Assembly: GCA_029261055.1 (NCBI GenBank)
Contig: JAJDCA010000044.1
Coordinates: forward strand, 141,867 to 205,866
DNA: 64,000 nt
DNA from: Candidatus Omnitrophota bacterium
GTDB taxonomy: Bacteria > Omnitrophota > Gorgyraeia > Zapsychrales > Zapsychraceae
Direction of reading: 5' to 3'
Positions 36,756-46,756 of this stretch are shown here, in pieces. The notes beneath the pieces were generated by a model. It did no database searches. It was not told where the DNA came from and saw nothing but the letters and a program-made list of their open reading frames with translations. Numbering within the stretch: the stretch's first letter is position 1; every line of letters begins with the position of its first letter. The position numbers and the translations under genes are program-made.

Positions 36756-36886
36756 TTATTCAAATAAAGCGCATTATACGCCTGTCCTATTTTGTCTACC
36801 CGTGTCATATTGACAATTATATCATTGTCGTTTAATATTTTGCTTCAAATTTTGCTTCAAATTAAATTTAAAAAATAGGAGTTGTT

Positions 36887-39121
36887 ATGAAAAAATTGGC
36901 TGTATCATTCATAATGTTTGTTGTATCTCTGTTTATTATTCCCCCTGTATTAGCCTTGGAAAATGTTGATGAAAAAGTCAGCGTTTTTTTAGGACGTTCC
37001 GTTAAAGATCATCAAACAAAGACACGGACCATTCCAATCATTGTAAAAAATATTTCAGATGAAACTTTGCAAACGCCTATAAAGATTATTATTACGAACA
37101 TAACAAATTCGCATATCACGTTAGCAACCCCTGATGGAACAACCAATGACAATAAGCCCTATATTATATTGACAGCCGCAGATCTAACGGATGGAAAACT
37201 TTTGCCTAATCAAACAGCAGCCCCCAAAAATGCTGTGTTTAATAATGGGGCTCTCTATTGGTTTAATCCTATTTTTTTCTACAAATTTCAATACTACAAA
37301 CAATATTGGGATTTTATGGTTCGATATTTTCACCGGAGGTATTTTTCAAGGTATTGGTTTAGTTTCACAGCCTCCATTTTTGCTGAAGTAGCCACCCCAC
37401 AAGACTCTACACCTCCATTTACAGATCAAAAAGGCCCGGCTGCCGGTGCGGTTGATGTCCTACCCGACACTAATATTCGTGTACATATTCTTGATGGTGA
37501 CAGTGGTGTTGACTTAAATTCCGTTATCCTGAAAGTAGAGGGAGCAACGGTCTTCGATGGTTCAAACAGTGATAACTTCCCTAGAGTATCTATTTCCGGT
37601 GACCCTAAAGATTTTACTCTAAATTATGATCCTGAGTTTGATTTTGACTTAAATGAAGGTATAGCAATCACTATTCATGCAGAAGATATCGCAGGTAATG
37701 TCATGCCTACGGATAACTATTCGTTTACCGTCCGGCAAGCTACTGCGGATGAGGCTGTTGAAAACGGCAAATCGAAGCTGATCAATGATTTTGATGTGAT
37801 AGGAGCCCTAGGCCTCTTTAAGGAGGCATTAGACTCCGATCCGGACCATCAAAAAGCAAAATTTTGGCATTCATTAATTGTATTATTCAGCAATCAAGAC
37901 TTATTACAACTATTGAAAGAAGTTGGCCTTGTTGATGAGAATAATCAAGCGATTTTTGATCAAGCCGTAAACTTGCCCAATGGCAAAAGCACAACAGAAG
38001 TACAAAATATCTACCTAAGCACACTAACAGAGATTAATTCGGCATTGACTCTCTTGTCATGCATCGAACTGGCTTTTACAGATCAAATTACCCCTAAACT
38101 CGGAGGGATGGATGAAACATTTGACTTTGATTTTGCTGAAGTTAAATTAACGGAAGCTTTTTTCCATTTACTAAAAACATTTTTTAATGCCAAAGGGACA
38201 TACGACTTTGCAGATATGGATATTGACACTTTATTATCGACGCAAGGACTTGATTTAAAACAATTACTTATAGACAATCCTACACTTTTTACGCTGTTGC
38301 CTGATGCGTCAACACGGCTTGGTAACACCAAAACAGCCATACAAGACTGGATTAATGCTTACATAGCTGCATCTGATTTTATCCGAAACGAACGGACGGA
38401 TGAGGACGGATTAAATCATATTGTAAGGTTCTATGATCCATTTATTTCGGAATTATATGATGCCCCTCAAGAATGGGAAGACGAAAAAATGGCCGCTTTG
38501 GAACAGGAAGAAAAATTAAGAAATACCCTTTCCAAAATTCTTAACCACCTTGGTTCCCCTGACAATTTCCCTGTCATTAACCTTCCTCTAAATATGATCA
38601 AAGACGGTCCGGAAATCGATGACGACGGCAATTTATTAGATGTAAACCTCAATGAATTTTTAACAAACCCGAAAGACGTCAACGCTATGCTTTCTGAATT
38701 GCTCACCCGTGATTTTATGTTAGAAGGCTTTGTTGACCCCACTTTGGAAGGTACATTTCCTAAACTAACGCTAGCCGACTGGAATCATTTTCTTGGTAAC
38801 GGGCCTGTATTATTCCGTCCATTTGCTTCATTTGATACTGGAATAGTTTCGGTACGGCTTTTTTGGTCACCACTAAAGGACAAACATAAACCGAATTTTG
38901 TGCGACATGAAGTATATCGATCTGAAACAGAAGATGTCAATACATCCTCTAATTTGGTTGCGGTTGTGACCAATCCGGATAGTATTCAATTCATAGATAC
39001 TTCAATAGCCCCAGTAGATGCCTTTTATTATTACAGAATTTATACGTATTATAATTTTGGTAGTGGCGAAGCAGCCATTTCATACACCAACAAGAAAAAA
39101 GTCGAAATTATATTTCCATAG
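36887..39121 (+). CDS. Large secreted hypothetical protein with a C-terminal FN3-like domain
   Basis: SD AGGAG; signal peptide ending VLALE; C-terminal VRLFWSPLKDKHKPNFVRHEVYRSETEDV ... YYYRIYTYY is fibronectin-III-like. Confidence 0.4.
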   Translation: MKKLAVSFIMFVVSLFIIPPVLALENVDEKVSVFLGRSVKDHQTKTRTIPIIVKNISDETLQTPIKIIITNITNSHITLATPDGTTNDNKPYIILTAADLTDGKLLPNQTAAPKNAVFNNGALYWFNPIFFYKFQYYKQYWDFMVRYFHRRYFSRYWFSFTASIFAEVATPQDSTPPFTDQKGPAAGAVDVLPDTNIRVHILDGDSGVDLNSVILKVEGATVFDGSNSDNFPRVSISGDPKDFTLNYDPEFDFDLNEGIAITIHAEDIAGNVMPTDNYSFTVRQATADEAVENGKSKLINDFDVIGALGLFKEALDSDPDHQKAKFWHSLIVLFSNQDLLQLLKEVGLVDENNQAIFDQAVNLPNGKSTTEVQNIYLSTLTEINSALTLLSCIELAFTDQITPKLGGMDETFDFDFAEVKLTEAFFHLLKTFFNAKGTYDFADMDIDTLLSTQGLDLKQLLIDNPTLFTLLPDASTRLGNTKTAIQDWINAYIAASDFIRNERTDEDGLNHIVRFYDPFISELYDAPQEWEDEKMAALEQEEKLRNTLSKILNHLGSPDNFPVINLPLNMIKDGPEIDDDGNLLDVNLNEFLTNPKDVNAMLSELLTRDFMLEGFVDPTLEGTFPKLTLADWNHFLGNGPVLFRPFASFDTGIVSVRLFWSPLKDKHKPNFVRHEVYRSETEDVNTSSNLVAVVTNPDSIQFIDTSIAPVDAFYYYRIYTYYNFGSGEAAISYTNKKKVEIIFP

Positions 39122-39136
39122 AATAAACCTATTACT

Positions 39137-39763
39137 ATGCACAAAGTAATAAGAAAAAAAATAAGCCTTTTCATCATTTTTATTGTATTTGGCAGTGTCT
39201 GTATTATTGGATTTAACGCAAAAAAAAGACACTTCCAAACAAAAGATAAACACACACATCGGTCAACAGTAGCACACAAGCTGGCCTTAAAAGACTTCGC
39301 CTTTACAAAATATGCATATACCGACACAAAGGTATCCAACAAAGATTATATATTAGAAGGAAAAACCATTGGAATTAAAAGCAAAAGCATAGGCGTCTTT
39401 AAAATAGCGGCCGCTAAAGTCATCAACATCAAAAATGTTCGTATGACTATTTTTGATAAAAATGGAGCTAACCCTATCACAACTATCACGGCAGATAAAG
39501 CCATTAAAGACTTGGCTGCTACAGGCCAAAATAATCCTCCCAGCATTTCAAATGAATTGATACAACACATTGATTTTCTTGGAAAAGTAAAATTGACCAC
39601 ACAAGATCAACGATCCCTCCAATGCGACACCATGCGTTTTGATAACGAAAAAAGAGAGTTGGAAGCCAGGGGAGATTGCCTGTTGAGCTATGCCAATAAA
39701 ACCATAAGTACCGATTTTCTTAAAACAGATACCGGACTTAAAAAGTTTAATTTCTCCAAATAA
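39137..39763 (+). CDS. Membrane-anchored periplasmic protein, possibly LptC/OstA-like
   Basis: Single N-terminal TM helix; beta-rich about 170 aa; weak resemblance to the LptC pattern. Confidence 0.3.
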   Translation: MHKVIRKKISLFIIFIVFGSVCIIGFNAKKRHFQTKDKHTHRSTVAHKLALKDFAFTKYAYTDTKVSNKDYILEGKTIGIKSKSIGVFKIAAAKVINIKNVRMTIFDKNGANPITTITADKAIKDLAATGQNNPPSISNELIQHIDFLGKVKLTTQDQRSLQCDTMRFDNEKRELEARGDCLLSYANKTISTDFLKTDTGLKKFNFSK

Positions 39764-39781
39764 GCGGAATAAAAAATAACA

Positions 39782-40198
39782 ATGATATTTAAAAAATTAA
39801 AAATTAAATTATTGCCGTTTTTGATTTTATGTGTTTTAATTTCTAGTAGCTATGGTTGTTCTGTTTTTATGGCGACACAACAACCTCGAAAAAAAAATAT
39901 GGATGTTTTACTTGTAGGAACGGAAAGATCCTATGTTATTGCAGAATTAGGACAGCCTATTTGGTCAGGACAAAAAGAAGGCAAACAAACAGACACTTTC
40001 AAATTCAAACAAGGTTACTCAAAAAAAGCAAAGATCGGAAGGGCTGTTTTTCATGGAACCGCAGATATTTTCTCCCTCGGGGCCTGGGAAATTTTTGGGA
40101 CACCGACGGAATTGATTGTTGACGGAAAAACAATACAAGTTGACGTTAGTTATGACACCAAGGAACTTGTCAAATCCTCAAAAATAATCGAAGAATAA
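39782..40198 (+). CDS. Hypothetical lipoprotein
   Basis: Lipobox SSYGC. Confidence 0.45.
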   Translation: MIFKKLKIKLLPFLILCVLISSSYGCSVFMATQQPRKKNMDVLLVGTERSYVIAELGQPIWSGQKEGKQTDTFKFKQGYSKKAKIGRAVFHGTADIFSLGAWEIFGTPTELIVDGKTIQVDVSYDTKELVKSSKIIEE

Positions 40199-40205
40199 AT
40201 TTACT

Positions 40206-40817
40206 ATGCTGAATAAAAGATTTCTAAAATTCGCTTTTTTAGGATACACCCTGTTACTTGTTTCAATATTATCAGGATGCGCTGCAACAACCATTCATCT
40301 CCCCGACGGTTTTACAACAGGAACAAAAAAAATTGGAAAAGACCGCAAAATTATTGTTAAACCTTTTATTGATAAACGCGTCGACCCTTATCACTGTGGT
40401 ATTAAAAAAACAACTCTCTTCACAAGCGGCACAAAGATCAAATGCGCACAAGAACCAACAGAATGGTTAACACAAGCCTTAACCCGTGAATTAAAGAATG
40501 CCGGATTTAATGTTTTACAGGAATCAGATGATCCTGATAATGTAATGATCATTGAAGGCAAACTGGTCCAATTATTTGTAAAACCCAAAATCGGTGTAAT
40601 GATTGATGCCCAAACATCGATCATAATTTCTCTAAATTTTAAAACTAAATCAGGGCCCCTGACTCAAAAAACTATTCAACTCAAATCTTCCCGCGATACC
40701 CTCTCCCTATGGATGGTGGATTATCAAGGTTCTATGGGAGATGGCATCAAAAATGCTTTAACACAAATGGTATTTGAGATCATTTCCATAATGAATGCTT
40801 ATCCTGAGTTAGATTAA
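40206..40817 (+). CDS. Hypothetical lipoprotein
   Basis: Lipobox ILSGC. Confidence 0.45.
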   Translation: MLNKRFLKFAFLGYTLLLVSILSGCAATTIHLPDGFTTGTKKIGKDRKIIVKPFIDKRVDPYHCGIKKTTLFTSGTKIKCAQEPTEWLTQALTRELKNAGFNVLQESDDPDNVMIIEGKLVQLFVKPKIGVMIDAQTSIIISLNFKTKSGPLTQKTIQLKSSRDTLSLWMVDYQGSMGDGIKNALTQMVFEIISIMNAYPELD

Positions 40818-40876
40818 TTCCTGATTTTTATTATAAAATTGATATGCACTACTAAATCACCTAAAAAGGAGCACTA

Positions 40877-41497
40877 ATGCGTAAATTAGCTGTCATTACC
40901 ACATTACTCAGTTTGCCATTACTTTATGGTTTTGCAAGTATTGTCGGAGGAACATCACAATTATTAACCATTAATTCAGAGCCACATGGAGCACAAGTAA
41001 TTGTTGACGGAGTTGCTGTGGGCGTAACGCCGGTAAATATTAAAGTCAAACGTGAAAAAGAAAAATCTTTAATTGTACGCAAAAAAGGCTACCAAGATGA
41101 AGTTATTCCATTAACGACTACATTTAATAACCAATTTTGGGGAAATCTGCTTATAGGAGGAACACTGGGTTCCAGTACAGACGCTTCAACCGGAGCCACA
41201 ATCGAGTATGCTCCTGACAGCTTTTATGTTACGTTAACACCGGGTAGCATGTCAAAACTTGAAAAAGAAGATTATAATACAAAGCTGGAAACACGAAATT
41301 TTATTCTGGCAAATTATCATAATCTTTCATCAGATATTTCTAAAGGCACAGGGGAGTATCTATCAAATCTTTATGGGGCATTTGATTCCGAAAATCAAAA
41401 TTCCATAAAAACAGTAAAAAAATTAAGAGAAATGTTAGCTTATCATGAAAATATTCCCGCATTTGCCGAAGCGGTCGTTAATCATTTCCTAAGTTAA
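40877..41497 (+). CDS. PEGA-domain protein (secreted)
   Basis: SD AAGGAG; signal peptide; INSEPHGAQVIVDGVAVGVTP PEGA motif. Confidence 0.6.
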   Translation: MRKLAVITTLLSLPLLYGFASIVGGTSQLLTINSEPHGAQVIVDGVAVGVTPVNIKVKREKEKSLIVRKKGYQDEVIPLTTTFNNQFWGNLLIGGTLGSSTDASTGATIEYAPDSFYVTLTPGSMSKLEKEDYNTKLETRNFILANYHNLSSDISKGTGEYLSNLYGAFDSENQNSIKTVKKLREMLAYHENIPAFAEAVVNHFLS

Positions 41498-41525
41498 CAA
41501 AGGTATCATTTAAAATAATTCTAGA

Positions 41526-41567
41526 AATAATGTCCAGGTAAATGGTGTTACTTACCTGGACATTATT
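41526..41567 (+). terminator. Perfect 16-bp inverted repeat hairpin (AATAATGTCCAGGTAA / TTACCTGGACATTATT, 10-nt loop); terminator-like
   Basis: Lies 29 nt after the PEGA gene stop; the loop contains the ATG at 41542. Confidence 0.5.
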
Positions 41568-43485
41568 ATATAAATTCTTATTCCTATTGATCAAGTGCAC
41601 ACTTATTTCCAAAATTCTTCTTTTATCCTTACTTATTAGCACACAGCTTGCCGAAGCATCACCTTCCGTTTCAGAATTAATCCAGCAATCAAATAAGTTA
41701 AATCTTTTCGAAGAAAATTATTGGCATCTTCTTATGCATTATCAACCCAATAAAATCGGTACTGGGGTTACCAGTGCCGTAGATGACCAGGACTTCTTCT
41801 TAGCCCCAAATGGAAAGGAAAACCCTAAAAATGAGCTTAATGCGACCATTAAACATTTATTTGCAAAGGATTCTATTGATACCCCATCATCAGAAAATAA
41901 ATGTGCATTTATTGCACGGTACCATTGGCTGGAGTCTCGACTTTCAACCAACACAGAATTGTCCTGCCCTGAATATAATGATTGGCTGGCTAAAATAAAT
42001 CCGGAATCCGTATCATTTATATTTTCTTCCGCCTATATGAACAATCCAACATCCATGTTTGGACACACCTTTTTACGTTTCAATAAAAAGGGGAAAAAAA
42101 AATATCCGCTCTTAACAGCAGCAACCGTGGATTACGTCGCAGACGTAACCAATCAGCGTGGATTTCTTGCAATATTGATCGGCAGTATGGGAGGCTTTAA
42201 AGGCTATTATTCAATTGTGCCCTATCATGTGAAAGTAAAGACATACAATGACATTGATAATCGGGATATTTGGGAATATCAATTAAATTTGACAGAATCA
42301 CAAATTAATAACATGTTAATGCACGTGTGGGAACTGCAAGGCATAGGGTTTGATTATTTCTTTTTTACCGAAAACTGCTCGTATAATATTTTAAAATTAT
42401 TAGAAATAGCTTACCCTGATTTAAATTTGACTGACAATAGGGGAAAACCTTGGATAGCTCCTATTGATATGCTCCAGCTCCTTATGAAGAGTCCTGGATT
42501 AGTGGCGGCCGTTTCTAACCGGCCGTCTACGTATACACAAATTAAACGGAAACAAGCAACACTTACAAAAGGGGAAAAGCATTTTCTAAAAAAAATAATC
42601 CATATTCCCGAAACTATAAATTCCCATGAATTTGATGCTCTACCTGAAAATAAAAAAGCTTTAATCCTAGATATTGCCAGTGATTATATCAAGTACCAGG
42701 GTATGACAAATTGGTCCAGAGAATCTAATGATTTGAGTCTCTGGCATAAACTTCTGAATAAACGGGTACATTTAAACTATGAATCAGATGAAATTGAAAT
42801 CAAACCTTTAACAAAAAAACCGGATGAAGGGCACAAAACATCAAAATTTGGAATAGGCATGGGGTGGAGGGATGATGAATATTTTGAAGAGCTAACGTTT
42901 CGCGCAGGTTATCATGATTTACTTGATCCAACGTCCGGATATCCACTTGACTCTCAGGTTGAAATTCTTGCTTTTAGTCTTCGGCATTATCAAGAAAATA
43001 ATCGCGTCCGGCTTGAAAGGTTCACACTAATCGATTTCACTTCACTAACTCCATATGATCCATTATTTATAAAACCTTCCTGGAAATTAAAAGCCGCTAT
43101 GGAATCCATTGAATTCAATAAATGTGATCAATGCTATAATTTCACATTAAATGCCGGTATAGGAAGTGCCCTAGAATCACATTTACTAAGACGAGAAGTT
43201 TACTTTATATTTTCAGAAATGGATATAGATTTTTCCAACGCATTTGAAAGAAATCACCGATTAGGTGGCGGGATAACCACCGGAGTAGTCGCAGACATCA
43301 CAAGTCGATGGAAAATTCTGGCATCCGGAACATATTTAGGCTATATTGCAGGTGACGTATCCGAAGATATCAAAATGTCATTACAACAACAGTTTACGTT
43401 AAATAAAAATACGGCCCTTAGACTTAATTTTAATTATCATAACAATGATCCGGAATTATTATTAAATCTTAATGTATATTTTTAA
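41542..43485 (+). CDS. DUF4105 (Lnb N-terminal periplasmic domain)-family secreted protein
   Basis: MFGHTFLRF motif typical of DUF4105; signal peptide; ATG 41542 lies in the loop of the upstream hairpin, so an in-frame TTG at 41587 (giving MIKCTLISKILLLSLLISTQLAEA) is a plausible alternative start. Confidence 0.45.
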   Translation: MVLLTWTLLYKFLFLLIKCTLISKILLLSLLISTQLAEASPSVSELIQQSNKLNLFEENYWHLLMHYQPNKIGTGVTSAVDDQDFFLAPNGKENPKNELNATIKHLFAKDSIDTPSSENKCAFIARYHWLESRLSTNTELSCPEYNDWLAKINPESVSFIFSSAYMNNPTSMFGHTFLRFNKKGKKKYPLLTAATVDYVADVTNQRGFLAILIGSMGGFKGYYSIVPYHVKVKTYNDIDNRDIWEYQLNLTESQINNMLMHVWELQGIGFDYFFFTENCSYNILKLLEIAYPDLNLTDNRGKPWIAPIDMLQLLMKSPGLVAAVSNRPSTYTQIKRKQATLTKGEKHFLKKIIHIPETINSHEFDALPENKKALILDIASDYIKYQGMTNWSRESNDLSLWHKLLNKRVHLNYESDEIEIKPLTKKPDEGHKTSKFGIGMGWRDDEYFEELTFRAGYHDLLDPTSGYPLDSQVEILAFSLRHYQENNRVRLERFTLIDFTSLTPYDPLFIKPSWKLKAAMESIEFNKCDQCYNFTLNAGIGSALESHLLRREVYFIFSEMDIDFSNAFERNHRLGGGITTGVVADITSRWKILASGTYLGYIAGDVSEDIKMSLQQQFTLNKNTALRLNFNYHNNDPELLLNLNVYF

Positions 43486-43522
43486 TTATATAAATATTTG
43501 TCTTTTAATAAAATATTAACCA

Positions 43523-43551
43523 TTGACGGTAAATATTCCATGTGGTATCAT
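43523..43551 (+). promoter_or_regulatory. Sigma70-like promoter for rpsU
   Basis: TTGACG, 17-nt spacer, TATCAT; followed by the palindrome TTCGTGATTCATTTAACGAA. Confidence 0.35.
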
Positions 43552-43619
43552 TCGTGATTCATTTAACGAATTTAAAGTAAAAAATAATTTAAAAAATACG
43601 AAAAGGTGGTGTTTAGTTC

Positions 43620-43778
43620 ATGATCGAAGTAAAGGTCAACGATTCACATAGTTTTGAAAAAGCTATGCGTATATTTAAAAAAGCATGTCAAAAAGATGGT
43701 TTTATGATGGAGCTCAAAGAGCGACGATTTTTTGTCAAACCCTCCGAGAAAAAACGTCATAAATATAAAAAACGATAA
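43620..43778 (+). CDS. rpsU: 30S ribosomal protein S21
   Basis: 52-aa ORF MIEVKVNDSHSFEKAMRIFKKACQKDGFMMELKERRFFVKPSEKKRHKYKKR matching the S21 pattern (RRFKR.CEK.G.L.E.RRR.FYEKPS..RKR); SD AAAGGTGGTG; absent from the supplied ORF track because it is under 60 aa. Confidence 0.8.
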   Translation: MIEVKVNDSHSFEKAMRIFKKACQKDGFMMELKERRFFVKPSEKKRHKYKKR

Positions 43779-43836
43779 AATTTAGTTCGACACCTCTGGA
43801 CCAGATGGTTCAGGGGTGCTCACCATTTTCTTTCCA

Positions 43837-45393
43837 ATGCTAAAAGTTAAACGTGCCCTCATTAGCGTCTCAGACAAAAAAGGATTATTAGCCCTTGCCA
43901 AAGGTCTTCATGCCCTTGGTGTTGAAATTCTTTCTACAGGCGGAACAGCCCGACATTTGCGTGACGGTAATATTCCCGTTATTGAAGTATCTGATTACAC
44001 TCAATTTCCTGAAATGTTAGATGGCCGGGTTAAAACACTCCATCCTAAAATCCATGGCGGTCTTCTAGCCAGACGAGATAAAAAAGAACATATGGATCAA
44101 ATCAATAAACATAAAATTGGTTTGATTGATATGGTAGTGATCAATCTCTATCCTTTTGAGCAAGTGATCCAAAAAAAACATGTATCCTTAGATGAAGCCA
44201 TCGAGAATATCGATATCGGAGGACCATCCATGCTGCGTTCAGCTGCCAAAAATTTTAAAAGTGTAGCCGTCGTCTGTAACCCAAGCCGATATAAAGATAT
44301 TATGCAAGAACTTGATACAAATAACGGTTTATTGTCAGATACAGTATTATTTCAATTATCAGTTGAAGCCTTTGGACACACAGCTAGATATGATGGTATT
44401 ATTTCTGACTTTCTTACTAAACATTTAACGACAAAAACATTGACCACATTACCGAAAGAAGTTGAACTCAAATTTTCAAAAATTCAAGACCTGCGCTACG
44501 GTGAAAACCCTCATCAGAAAGCTGCATTTTACAAAGATCCCGGTGAGCCCAAAGGGCTGGCAAATATCCAACAACTTCACGGCAAAGAACTTTCCTTTAA
44601 TAATATTCTAGATCTTAATGCCGCTATTGACTTTGTTAAAGGGTGGAAAAACCCCGCAGCGGTTGTAATTAAACATAATAATCCGACAGGTGTCGCCGTA
44701 GATGCCCAATTAGCCAAAGCCTATAAACAAGCTTTAGATTGCGATCCAATATCTGCCTTTGGAGGTATTATCGGTTTAAACAAAAAAGTAGACGAAAAAA
44801 CAGCTAAAGCTATTATCAAAAGTGGGTTTATGGAATGTATTATTGCGCCCGGATTTCAATCGTCAGCTTTCAAAATTTTATCTCAAAAAAAGAATATTCG
44901 TCTTATTCAATTTGATTTTGATCAAATTGAGGCAGGACATTATGATTTTAAAAAAGTTTGCGGTGGTTTACTTCTTCAGGATAAAGATGAAAGAATGCCG
45001 GATGAAACGCTCTGGAAAATTGTCACAAAGAAAAAACCTACCAAAGCACAAATGCAATCTATGCTTTTTGGCTGGACAGTTATTAAAAACATTAAATCCA
45101 ATGCGATTATTTTGGTCAAAGGCCAAAAAACCGTGGGCATCGGAGCTGGCCAGACAAGCCGCATTGAGAGTGTCGAAATTGCTATTAAAAAAGCAGGGAA
45201 AAATGTTCAAAATAGCATTCTTATTTCCGATGCATTCCTACCTAAAATCGATAATGTCCAAATGGCGGCCAAGGCTGGCATTAAAGCGATTATTCAAACC
45301 GGTGGATCAATCGCTGACGAAGATGTCATTAAACAAGCTAACAAATCCGGTATCGCCATGGTGATGACCGGTGTACGCCACTTCAAGCATTAA
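43837..45393 (+). CDS. purH: Bifunctional AICAR formyltransferase / IMP cyclohydrolase
   Basis: MLKVKRALISVSDKKGL ... GGTA ... VKTLHPKIHGGLLARRD, the hallmark MGS-like N terminus, plus the AICARFT domain. Confidence 0.9.
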   Translation: MLKVKRALISVSDKKGLLALAKGLHALGVEILSTGGTARHLRDGNIPVIEVSDYTQFPEMLDGRVKTLHPKIHGGLLARRDKKEHMDQINKHKIGLIDMVVINLYPFEQVIQKKHVSLDEAIENIDIGGPSMLRSAAKNFKSVAVVCNPSRYKDIMQELDTNNGLLSDTVLFQLSVEAFGHTARYDGIISDFLTKHLTTKTLTTLPKEVELKFSKIQDLRYGENPHQKAAFYKDPGEPKGLANIQQLHGKELSFNNILDLNAAIDFVKGWKNPAAVVIKHNNPTGVAVDAQLAKAYKQALDCDPISAFGGIIGLNKKVDEKTAKAIIKSGFMECIIAPGFQSSAFKILSQKKNIRLIQFDFDQIEAGHYDFKKVCGGLLLQDKDERMPDETLWKIVTKKKPTKAQMQSMLFGWTVIKNIKSNAIILVKGQKTVGIGAGQTSRIESVEIAIKKAGKNVQNSILISDAFLPKIDNVQMAAKAGIKAIIQTGGSIADEDVIKQANKSGIAMVMTGVRHFKH

Positions 45394-45398
45394 TCATC

Positions 45399-46724
45399 AT
45401 GGATGCTCAAGAAGCTCGCCAATATCTCGAATCCTTCATTAATTACGAAATTGCCCGCGACAAACTCCCGCAAACTGGATTTAAACTTAATAGAATACAA
45501 AATCTACTATCGCGCCTTAATAATCCCCAACAATCTTTAAAAGTTATTCACGTTGCCGGTTCCAAAGGAAAAGGATCTACTTGTATTTTTACCGCTCATA
45601 TTCTCAAAGAGGCAGGATATAAAGTCGGTTTATATACATCACCTCACTTGTGCCACTACACAGAACGCATACGTATTTTACAAAGAAATAATCTAACATC
45701 GTCCACCGGTATTTTTTCTGATGCCATTTCTGAAAAAATGCTAAGTCAGACTTTAACTGAAATCAAACCGGCTGTTGAAACAATTCATCGGCAGAAAGAA
45801 TTGGGTGCCTTAAGCTATTTTGAAATATTAACTGTCTTGGCTTTGTATTATTTCAAAAAAGAAAATGTAGACTTTGTTATATTAGAAACAGGTCTGGGTG
45901 GACGATGGGATGCCACCAATGTGGTCAATTCTTTAGTTTGTGCCATAACACCGATCAGCCTTGAACATACCGAAATTTTGGGAAATACTCTCGATAAGAT
46001 TGCAAGTGAAAAAGTAGCCATCATTAAAGAAAATACTCAAAAAGTGGTGGTGGCCTATCAAGAAGATGCTGCCCATAATGTTATCAACGACTATTGTAAA
46101 AAATTAAAGATCATCCCAAGGTTTGTTCAAAATAAAATAACCCCCAAATCATCTAAAATCACATCATCTCTATTAGGACGACACCAACAGATGAATGCAG
46201 CCACTGCCATTGAAATCATTGAGAGTTTAAAGGAATTAGGGTATGATGTCCCATCTGAATCAATTGCAACGGGGCTAAAAACAACCTTTTGGCCCGGACG
46301 ATTTGAAATAAGAAAAGGCCAGCCTAAAATTATTTTAGATTGCGCGCATAATGAAGCCGCTGCCAAAGTATTGGTTGAAACATTTAAGGACAATTTTCCG
46401 AATCAAAAAGTCACACTTGTCCTGGGACTTTCTGAAGATAAAAATCGACAAACAATTTGCCAAAGATTAAACACCATTACAGAAAGAATTATTGTTACGA
46501 AAGCAAATCACCCAAGAGCCGCTGAAATATCAGAAACAGAATTAAAAAATTTATTCCCTGAAAGACAGTGTTATCTGTCCAAGAATATTCCTAAAGCTCT
46601 AGAATTAGCATTAACACACACTCCGAAAACAGGAATTATTCTAGTCACAGGATCAGTATTTATTGTAGGTGAATCGAGGAACTCTTTAAGAAATTGTCCA
46701 AAAAAAACTTGGACAATTGTTTAA
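45399..46724 (+). CDS. folC: Folylpolyglutamate synthase / dihydrofolate synthase
   Basis: Mur-ligase P-loop HVAGSKGKGST and a FolC-type C-terminal domain. Confidence 0.85.
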   Translation: MDAQEARQYLESFINYEIARDKLPQTGFKLNRIQNLLSRLNNPQQSLKVIHVAGSKGKGSTCIFTAHILKEAGYKVGLYTSPHLCHYTERIRILQRNNLTSSTGIFSDAISEKMLSQTLTEIKPAVETIHRQKELGALSYFEILTVLALYYFKKENVDFVILETGLGGRWDATNVVNSLVCAITPISLEHTEILGNTLDKIASEKVAIIKENTQKVVVAYQEDAAHNVINDYCKKLKIIPRFVQNKITPKSSKITSSLLGRHQQMNAATAIEIIESLKELGYDVPSESIATGLKTTFWPGRFEIRKGQPKIILDCAHNEAAAKVLVETFKDNFPNQKVTLVLGLSEDKNRQTICQRLNTITERIIVTKANHPRAAEISETELKNLFPERQCYLSKNIPKALELALTHTPKTGIILVTGSVFIVGESRNSLRNCPKKTWTIV

Positions 46725-46756
46725 TTTTGATCAGCATATTTTTGGACAACTCCTAA

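Noticed and set aside
43620-43778. Apparent +1 frameshift in the A-run of rpsU (a possible pseudogene)
   Set aside because: Recounting against the printed coordinates shows the run is A6, not A7. The 52-aa S21 reading frame is intact from ATG 43620 to TAA 43776-43778
44822-45364. 180-aa ORF in an alternative + frame, and minus-strand ORFs, inside purH; similar nested ORFs inside ftsH (56051-56513) and the GH gene (4803-6054)
   Set aside because: They lie entirely within strongly supported conserved genes and have biased composition typical of off-frame translation
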